Part shown: positions 55,254 through 64,000 of the stretch, piece by piece
How positions within the stretch are numbered: the stretch's first letter is position 1
Layout of the letters: each line of letters starts with the position of its first letter
From: Spizellomyces punctatus DAOM BR117
Taxonomy: Eukaryota
Assembly (NCBI GenBank): GCA_000182565.2
Contig: KQ257450.1
Reading direction: 5' to 3' (one strand)
Length of the DNA stretch: 64,000 nucleotides
Program-made: the position numbers and the translations under genes
Notes under the pieces: generated by a model
The model's input: the letters and a program-made list of their open reading frames with translations, nothing else
Told to the model about the DNA's origin: nothing
Database searches by the model: none

Positions 55254-55640
55254 GTTTTGGAGTGAAATGGAATCAAGATTGGCCGAAAGCAGCGTGTCTG
55301 TCCAGCTGTCGATGAGTCAGTATTTGCTAAGCCGTATTCCACTCGCGTGCTTGACCCCTCTTCCATGGACGCGACGTGAACCCATGGCTTTCCCCCCTTT
55401 TGCCCTGGACCGCCGCGTGTTCTTTGGAAAGAGTCGGGAGTTTCCAGGTGAACGACTTTCAGGGACGGATTCTTCATCCGAAGAATTCCGAGGAGCGTAA
55501 CAGCATAAAAGCGGGTCGTCACATCTCTCCCCCCAGCTTGCAATCTGTTGTTACGGTATGATTCGGCGATTGTCCATGCGATGATATTTATATTAGATAC
55601 GTTTGCCGGGAACTTCGGAAGCGTACTTGATGCAAGATGG

Positions 55641-55800
55641 GGACAACGCGCAAGGTATGTGTGTAAATCTTGGGGCCTGAGGTCAATTAGGTCGTATGTT
55701 TCCCCTTTTCAACGCACTGGACAGAGCGCAAGGTATGTGTGTAAAACTCTCTCTGCCGTGAGGTCAATTAGGTCGTAGGTTTTCCCTTTGCAACTCACTG
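55641..55800 (+). repeat. Two-copy ~78-bp tandem duplication
   Basis: GCGCAAGGTATGTGTGTAAA...TGAGGTCAATTAGGTCGTA...CCCTTT.CAAC.CACTG occurs twice, starting at 55648 and 55726. Confidence 0.85.
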
Positions 55801-56515
55801 TTGTCACTGTGCGGAAACCGACAGGCATGACGTTTCCATGCCGAGAATTCCTTTTCTCTCATTGCAAGGTGCGTATACCATCGGCGTCAGAGAACTCTCA
55901 CTTGAGCATCTAGGTCGTGATGTTGCCATCGCCAATTTTTTTGGCTATTATTTGAGGTACGTCTCCCTGATGGTTCCAGATGCGGGACTGTTGGCGGAAT
56001 AGAGTTGCTGCGCGTTTAACTGAAGCGCGCCTGGTTTTCGTAAAGCATGGATATGCTTTCACGTGTGGCTGCGCATTTGACGATGGTTTCTCGTCGACGA
56101 ACTCTTTTCGCCTGGTGAAGCGCGGAGTGTGCATTCCCTCTTGCTGCGCATTTGTTTGCAAAGGACGTGGTTCTGGTAACAGAACATATGGTCTGGCGCA
56201 AAGCAAGGAATATCACTTTAGGGTTGCCGTGCATCGACTTCATGTCGAGAATGAATAATCAAAGTGCTCAAGTGCTCAGTTTGCATATGAGGATAAATTT
56301 CCCTGCGTTATGAGTTTCTAAAGACGCATATCGCAATTGACGAGTACGGAAAGACGATCTCAGCAAGGTGTTGTGCCGTCTCATGAGCCGGTGAGGCATC
56401 TTGGCACATGCAGAAGGATGTACAATGTAGAGCAAGAAAATAAATACATGGAAAATTATAAAGCCCAAGAATCAAATCGCTACAAAAATATGCTATCCGC
56501 TATTCTAACTTCAAA

Positions 56516-58839
56516 CTATGCCCACGCAGAGCCGCCAAGATCCTCATCCTCTAATTCACCCAATCTCGCAGCTCTAGCCATTGCACTAGAAAGGCTAGCG
56601 TTACCTGCTGACTCTGCAAACGAATCAGCCAGTGAAGCACTGCTTCCCCACAAGTCTGTGGGGTTCCCCCATGGGTCCGCTCCAAAGGTATGTGCTGGGC
56701 TGGATAGGTCATCTTCCTCCTTCACAGCACTGGATAGAGCCTTCTCCATTTGCTCAGTAAGGGACAGCTTAAGTTTTGCGGATTCAGTTTGGAACTGAAC
56801 AGAAGGCGCGGGTTCGTCGTGTTTCTGTTCTTGTGATGGGATTTTGATAGAGAGGCCAAGTGGTGTGTCGTCGTCGTCGTCGGAAGATGTCTTGATTTGA
56901 TCTCCAGATGTGTTTTGGAGAGCACTTTCTGCTGCCACCGCTGTTACAGCGTGTGTAGGTTGAACGGGCTGAGGTTGGGCTGACAGCCGTACCGGCTTTG
57001 AGATCGATTTGGCCGTACCAACCCCAAGTGGATCTCGTTTTGGCCGAGCTGCTGTAGACGCTGTGGCGGCTGAAGTGGCTACAGCTGACCCTGCCAAAGG
57101 ATCTACGGCTATGCCGCCGCTGGTAGATTGCCTTGCAGCAGGGTTGACGTCCAGAGATGCTCGCCTCGCGGTACTAGATGGAATCTGGGGCGAAGGTGAT
57201 GTAGGATGCATATCCACACGGTTTCGCGTTGTTCGAACGCGTTCAGAAAGGTAACCCCACCACATCGCCGATTGGTCCATGTTAGCGCCTTTGAACTGCA
57301 GGGGGATATGGTTTAGTCGATGGCTGGGGAAGGAGCAAGGCCCGGTAAATATAATCACACCACATACCTTATGCCTTCTTTCTCCACCAAACAAGCCAGC
57401 CGTTTTTTCCTGAACTACAAACTCCTCTGGCTCCTTTTCATTCATCATCAAAGGGCCAATCATGCAGTCAGGGAGATACACGCTTAACTCAGGTTCAGTC
57501 TTTGCCTCTTCACCATCCTGTTGACTCTGCTGCTGTGCAGATTGAGCTGGCGGTAGTGCGTGCAAGTATCCTGCCGCGGTGACAACTACCAAGGTCTCCT
57601 TCCAATTTTTTCTGAAGCCAAACTTCATCCCCGTATCACGCCGGTACATTAGCCCCTCTTTGTGGGCGGAGACGAGTGGGTCATCTCGCCCTTCATATAC
57701 AACTTCACTTTCCTTAACTACTGGCACATCCTTCTCAACAATGCGATCCGCATGCCGTTGTGTGAATTCCGCCCAATCCTTAACAGGATCCAGGGTGTGG
57801 AGGGTAGCCTTGAGCCGCTTAAAGGTGTCCTGGGTAGATGCGAGATCTTTGGACTGCCAATCGAAGAAGGTGGACAATGTAATTCGTAGTGTCTGAACAA
57901 TGGATTGCTCAAATGTTGCAAAATGTTCTTGCTGGCTAAGAAGGACTTGACGGTAATGCTCCTGTTTGTATATACAATTGGTGATGTGCCGCTTGATGTC
58001 TACACATAATGAATCTTGAGAATTCGCACGAACCGCAAGATTCCGAGGTTCGAGATACTTACTGATATTTGCAGCCCATGGATCCTTCACCACTATGCTT
58101 TCCTTTTCACCACTCTCAGCCGTCTCTCCATGATGTTTGCTCAGCGACAGTTTGAGTTGAGACGTCAATTTGACATAGAGGTCCTTATCTCTCAACAACT
58201 CTTTATCCAATCCAACCCACTCCCTGTCCGCATCCGAAGCCTTCTTTCGTAGATCGGCAAGAAGAGCGCGAAGAGTTGGCACTACATGGGTTTCGATCAT
58301 GGCAGCGGCTTCGGTGTTCTCTTGGGCTGTTTTTTGATGCGACTGTTGAATGCTACGAAAGAGAAGCTAGGTGATTTTCAAGAGGGATATCAATTAGCCG
58401 AACAGGAACATGACACGGTACTGATGCTGCCACGCACCTGGGTTGTTTCCTCTCCACCAAAGACATCGTCACCTTCCTTTGTCTTCACAGGAGCAGCAAA
58501 CTCCTTTGCGCAACGCCCATAAGCTTCTGCCAAGCGTTTCTGATGGTCAACGACCATTTCGAACTGATTAATAAGGCGCTTGACCAGCTGGCTCCAACCC
58601 GTCAGTCGTTGAAGAAATATCTGCAAAGGTTTGAAAGGAAACGGTCAAGAGACCTCTTCCTCTTCCATACAATTGTTTGAGTGGCAATGTACCTCTGTTG
58701 CACTTAATGGTACCAACCCAAGAGTTGGGTTATCGGCATACGGTGCCCGTTGCTGAATAGTGGACGCTATCCCCACCTCACCATTTGGCACCACAGAAGG
58801 TGCTTGTCCATCGTGCGAGACTCTTGTCGTCGCCATCAT
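56516..58839 (-). CDS. Slm1-like BAR + PH domain protein
   Basis: Helical region (IFLQRLTGWSQLVKRL...IETHVVPTLRALLADL...DPW), then PH domain (KEGLMYRR...KNWKETLVVVTAAGYLH...PELSVYLPDC...AMWW) and a low-complexity tail. Confidence 0.8.
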
Positions 58840-59158
58840 AATTGTTCTTGCAACAATCCCCTCGGAACAAACCTGTGAATGCGTCCAACGTTGTGCGTCT
58901 GGGGAAAAGAAGCTCAGATGAAACGCGCTGTTCAGCCAGCAGCGCCTTACCGGCAATTCTCAATATGGTTATATGAGCATAAACATGTGATTAGTCATGT
59001 GATTAATAATGTAATCCTTCACAGCCACACAGCTGCAGTCAGCGACTTTGGCCAAGTTTCAACTTTCATTTTTAGCACTTTCATCTTGAGATACCCACAT
59101 TTTCATAATTTCATCCTCACTTGACCATCAGAACTCCGTACGCTTGCTGAATCCTGCC

Positions 59159-60041
59159 ATGTACTCTGACTCTGAAAGTCCTTCCCAACAAGATCAAGGC
59201 ATTCCACAGCTCATTCAACAGTATAGTCGTCTAGACATTAGTGGAACGGAACCGCAGCAACAACAGTCGACAACGTCACAAGATGAGCTACCAAATCTCA
59301 TAGAGCAGTGTCAAAACCTCCACATATCTGATTCACCCGCTATGGGAAACCATATCCTCCTCCCCACCGTCCGAACCAAAAACGTCAGTTGTCTTCATCC
59401 ACTCGTTCACGTCGTCACCCGAAGGCATGAAACGTGACACGACTCGACCTACTCCCATGCGCCGAGGTACAGCTTACGAAATTATATTCATCGACCAGAA
59501 GAAGGTCAAAGGAAGGGGGAAGGCTCGGTCAAGAAGTGTGGACTCCCAAGAGAGAGCACTTATCAGACCGCTATCGCCGCATCCTGATGCAGTCCGCTTA
59601 CGTTCATGGGTCGTTATGCCATCACCTTCCTTAGAAAGTCGCGGTCCTGTCCCAATCTTTCATTTGAGGAGGCATAGGGGCCGGCATTGTCCTTATGGGC
59701 TGAGACCTCCCACAGAGCGCCGTGGGAGGAGTGCCGAGGTTGAGAATGACAGTCTGGCGCTGATTCCTTCTTCCTCAGCGCTTCCTGAAAGGGGTCGAGG
59801 AAGATGGCCTGGACCCAGACTAACTGTTCCCGAGCGTCTCTATGTACGATCCATCCATGCGAATTGTCCGAAAGTTTGGGAATCAGGTGTGGAACCTTCG
59901 ATACAAGAAGAGGATCAATCTTCGAAGGACGCAGCAGAAATGGATGGGTTTGGAAGGGATTTGAGCGTACTGTTAGAAAGAGCTATGACTTTGGACGAAG
60001 GACCTCCAGCCACAGTCCAGGCAATGCCCTATATTACGTAG
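59159..60041 (+). CDS. Hypothetical disordered protein
   Basis: ORFs 59144-59437 and 59427-60041 are joinable by a ~40-nt GTCAGT...AAG intron. Internal repeat LIQQYSRLDIS / LIEQCQNLHIS. Confidence 0.45.
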
Positions 60042-60950
60042 AGCGGCTGAAGGCGACCTGGGTGCCGAACGGTGGTGCTTTTAAGCATGTTGTGTATTTT
60101 TTTTGTGTCTGTAGGATCTGTATCTACTCGCAATTATGCATTTATGCGCCCGCTGGGCGTTTACAAAAATATGATTCCCACATAACAGTTATGGAGCCTC
60201 CGTGAGAGGAAGAGTGATAGATTTGCTTGCGTGTAGGATTCTGTAGCACTCCAATAGATATACGTCCACTTGAATCGGGTCGCAGAAACATTATTGTATT
60301 TGGCGCCTGTACTGTCTCCGATGCCTTCAGGGTTCATTTCATGTACGATGACATCTGAAGGCATGGGTAATATTTGAAATTTGTCCCTCTAACAAATAAG
60401 CTGCCCTGCTGCGCATTACTTAAATTGCTGCGCATCCTTGTCGGAGTGTGATTCTCGAGTTTCTTCCACTTGGTGGAAAAAATGGAAGCGCTCATGCAGC
60501 AACACAGCACATAGTCGAATTTCTTTACAAAATCTCGACATCCAGCCCAAGGTTATAACTTTTCAGGCTTTAGCCACGGGGATACCATATTTTCCTGACT
60601 TTGCAACTTCAGGATAGTGACGCACACAACTCATCACGACCTTTCGGAAACGCAGGTTTTGGCAGCCTCCAGGCATTAGCACAAACCTCAATGTGTGGAA
60701 ATACACATATTGTCTCCGCGCGCCGACATGTGCATATCACCACAGCCATCATTTCACTTTCCTTTTCTGTCGTTTCGACCAGGGATTTGCAACTCTCGCT
60801 CAGTCCCTTCCACACGTCGGGATGCTGCGCAGTCCGCGGACACCTGCCGCCACAGCGACTATTTTTGCGCCCCTTGGTCGTCTCCAAGTACAAAGTTGCA
60901 ATGGCGGGATTCCTTGTATATTAGCGTGTTGCGTGAGGGCATGCGCCAAC

Positions 60951-61667
60951 ATGCATTCCTCACATCCTCATGCTATTTCATCCGCACACGCATCCATTCA
61001 TACGTTAGCCACGTACCTCTTACATTCGACATGCATTCCTCACGATCTCATGCTATTTCATCCGCACACGCATTCACTCGTACGTTAGCCACGTACCTCT
61101 TACATTCGACATGCATTCCTCACGATCTCATGCTATTTCATCCGCACACGCATTCACTCGTACGTTAGCCACGTACCTCTTACATTCGACATGCATTCCT
61201 CACGATCTCATGCTATTTCATCCGCACACGCATTCACTCGTACGTTAGCCACGTACCTCTTACATTCGACATGCATTCCTCACGATCTCATGCTATTTCA
61301 TCCGCACACGCATTCACTCGTACGTTAGCCACGTACCTCTTACATTCGACATGCATTCCTCACGATCTCATGCTATTTCATCCGCACACGCATTCACTCG
61401 TACGTTAGCCACGTACCTCTTAAATTCGACATGCATTCCTCACGATCTCATGCTATTTCATCCGCACACACATTCACTCATCCATAAGCTACGTACCTGT
61501 CCACTCGACATGCATTCCTCACATCCTCATGCTATTTCATTCGCACACGCCACTCATCCTTTAGCCACTTAGCTGTCACATTCAACATACAATTCTCACG
61601 TCCTCGCGCTATTTCATTAACACAAGCATTCACTCATCCGTTTTAGCCACGTACCTGTACATTCAGA
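60951..61667. repeat. 80-bp tandem array, about 9 copies
   Basis: Unit ATGCATTCCTCACGATCTCATGCTATTTCATCCGCACACGCATTCACTCGTACGTTAGCCACGTACCTCTTACATTCGAC starts at 60951, 61031, 61111, 61191, 61271, 61351, 61431, 61510 and about 61587. Central copies are identical; terminal copies are diverged. Confidence 0.97.
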
Positions 61668-61739
61668 GTATGTTCGGTCGTTCTTGCATAGGATGGCAAT
61701 CCTGTGCCTGGCTCGGACATATCGGCAGGTGTTACAACG

Positions 61740-62267
61740 AAGGCGCCATTTTGATGAGAGCTGATCATCTGAAAGCGAACAGCGTGGAAGAGCATCACGT
61801 TTGACTGTGGAACTCACCAGCGGAAACGGATTCCTCAGCCGATGAACTCGAAGAACTCGCGAAGCAAACCACCGATGAGAGCAGATGTCGAGAATAACTT
61901 TGGGGAGGGTGGGGCGAGAGGGCCCCCTTTTTATGCTCAATTTCCCCTTATCATTTGGGGCATAAAAAAAAAGGGTTACGTATGCAAAAGGGACCGCGAC
62001 ACGTTGGAGAGAAAAGAAGGAGGCGTGCGTGGAATCGCGTCCGGCGTGCAGCTGCTGCGCAATCCACAGAGACATGGAAAAGTCTTTGGGGGCATTTCGG
62101 TTTCCTTGCAAGCTGTTGATTTCCAGGCAATTCCACCAGAGATCGAGATACCACCAGCTATGCCACCTCCCGTTGACGTTAACCAAGAGTTGACCTTGGA
62201 AAGGCACCGCAGGCACAATTTCAGCACTCGGCATTCAAGAGTAATATATGCGGAAAGTCCGTACTAA
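61740..62267 (+). mobile_element. Possible decayed PIF/Harbinger-type (DDE_Tnp_4) transposase C-terminus
   Basis: Across a frameshift: ...SSADELEELAKQT / MRADVENNFG...AQFPLI, resembling the Harbinger pattern E..FN...S..R..VE..FG.L...F; stops and frameshifts upstream. Confidence 0.3.
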
Positions 62268-63175
62268 TAATGAATAGATCCTCTGCATCAATGGTTGAGA
62301 AATGAACAAAACCCTTTCCTGTGACCTGAGATTTGGTTGATACTCCTTCGCCACTCGAATAATCCCCAAGTTCACGTTGCATAGGTAGAGTCATCCCAGT
62401 GTATTGCCTTCGAAGGTTGTTCTATGATGCCGCACCTCAGTTAATGAGATCTTGCCTGCTTGATATATATCTACCTTGACCCAACACTGAACTGATTGCC
62501 AGAGGCATGCCACACTCAATATTTGGGAGTAACAGGAATTGGGAGCCCTCTTGTAAAAGCAAAAGACACGATACTTTACTCCCTTCCATCCAGCGACGGC
62601 CCCGAGGAAATTCACATATCAGGGGACGTTTGAAAACGCAATGCAATTCTGCCTAGTGCTCAGAGTTTGGATTATGCAGAGTTTCTGGATGTGCATCATT
62701 TGGAATCCGTTTTGTGGCGGAACATGATATCCTTGTTTTTTACGTGAACCATGGGGCGACGAGTTAATCACAACCATGGAAATAATCCTCATTTTGAGGG
62801 GCTGGAAGGGATGTGAGGATATTGTAAAGGATTGGACCGATCCCTGAGGGAACAGGGGAGACTGAAGAACGCGGGAACCCCAACGTGTTAACCCCTTTAC
62901 CCCCTTCGAGCAGCCCACGCGAGTGTCTCACGCGGGTGTCCGGTACCCAGACGCCTGCCAGACGCGAGCATAATCGTTCCGCTCTCGTCTATAATATGAC
63001 ACACAAAACCACCTTGTCCACACAATGTATATGAACATCAAGATGACTCAAAGGAGGAAAACAAACCAAAAAATGTCGATGCATTCTGAGCCTTTATTCA
63101 TTCATATGTCACAACAGCACCTGTCGCTTCCAGACCCTCGATCAGCCTTTGCGTGCACAATGCTCCTTTGCATGC

Positions 63176-64000
63176 TTAGCGTCGCCGATTGCGGTATGGC
63201 TGTTGTGGATGGGATGGTGGTGGATATGGCATGCCCTAGAACCATGAGAGAACTAGGTGAGAACCATGTCCGAAAAATCATGGTGAGAACCGCAAGTTAC
63301 CATGGGTCCAGGGGGAGGGCCGTATCCATAAGGGGGCACGCCGTGACCCATCGAAGGTGGAATGTATGGTCCGTCCCGAGGATGTCGCATTCTCTATAAA
63401 AGTATGATAGATGAAAAATGTGCACTAGTTATCTCGTACAAAAATAAAGCTTACAGGTGGAGGGTATGGCTCCATTCGCTGCTGCTGGCGTCTGCCATGT
63501 GCCTCCCCAAGACCTCTTCGAGATAGCGGCCTGTAATGTTCATTGTCAATATAATCGTCCAAAAGTCTCGATACGATAATCTTACCCGTCATTACGGTCT
63601 GGCCTTGGACGTTCTCCTTCCTGACGGGAACGCTCTTGAGACACCACTCTTGATCCACTATCCTCACCATGGCGCGGATTGTATGAGTCCCTGCGAGGAA
63701 TCTCTTCTCGGCGGAAAGAGTCTCCACGCGGGGGCTCTGCTCTATGCGCGTCTTGTGTCCGTACAGGTTCGTCTTGACGCGTTTCATCTCTGAGTGGTGG
63801 TTCATCTTTTCGTGAACCTTCTTCTCGCCGTGGTTCAGGTCGTCTACGTACGTCGTCTTCTCGTGGAAGAGATACATCTTTGGCCGTTGAAGGCTGATCC
63901 GGGCGTATCGGTTCATTTCGACGCGCGAGATCATCTCGGCGTGCTAAATTCCCTGCCCTGAAACTATCATCTACCCTACGGTCTTCTCGCAGTGGGGCAC
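63176..64000 (-). CDS. 3' end of a gene with Arg/Asp/Pro-rich low-complexity C-terminus (5' part outside window)
   Basis: Spliced reading DVRRRPEPRREEGSRKDEPP...|PLSRRGLGEAHGRRQQQRMEPYPPP|RMRHPRDGPYIPPSMGHG...|...MPYPPPSHPQQPYRNRRR* across three GT-AG introns. Confidence 0.65.

Noticed and set aside
60693-61572. His-rich repetitive ORFs over the 80-bp array
   Set aside because: The unit length is not a multiple of 3 and stops recur; these are by-products of the repeat.
62888-62905. TTAA-CCCCTTT, resembling a piggyBac terminus
   Set aside because: No matching opposite end or piggyBac transposase is visible in the window, and the motif is too short to support a call.
63418-63428. ATGTGCACTA matching the end of the 31.1-kb element's TIR
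   Set aside because: Only about 10 nt match, I found no partner end, and it lies inside an ordinary intron of the last gene.
63425-63934. 169-aa minus-strand ORF in the ORF track
   Set aside because: It is mostly the wrong frame plus intron sequence; another frame with three GT-AG introns gives the coherent protein.

Overview
This is gene-dense eukaryotic nuclear DNA with many short GT-AG introns. Gene content (UNC119, Integrator subunit 6, ITPK1, PRL phosphatase, plus fungal-type EXO84, SCJ1, CENP-A and Slm1-like genes) points to a zoosporic early-diverging fungus (chytrid, Spizellomyces-like; inferred). About 26 protein genes can be reconstructed by joining the ORF-track fragments across introns. 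They are mostly housekeeping genes in head-to-head pairs: FSH hydrolase, PRL, EXO84, DBP9, POL3, FAP7, Rogdi, glucosidase II alpha, epsin, INTS6, CSE4, MTG1, GatC, SCJ1, ACOT13, eIF5A, BFR2, ITPK1 and a BAR-PH protein. Five accessory islands interrupt them. (1) 0.65-1.83 kb: an intronless, frameshifted, secreted preprotoxin-like ORF with a hairpin-rich 3' flank, a candidate endogenised dsRNA-virus satellite. (2) 22.6-23.1 kb: a hairpin-rich non-coding segment. (3) 29.8-31.5 kb: a pseudogene with two mutually similar introns, then a degenerate repeat array holding a 94-bp element with 30-bp TIRs (TAGTGC...GCACTA) that resembles Fanzor 'ghost' loci. (4) 55.6-55.8 kb: a 78-bp duplication. (5) 60.2-62.9 kb: decayed sequence with an 80-bp tandem array and a possible Harbinger transposase remnant. 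The repeat units of all three repeat arrays carry spliceosomal donor motifs. Gene boundaries were read by eye and family calls come from motif recognition; no database searches were run.
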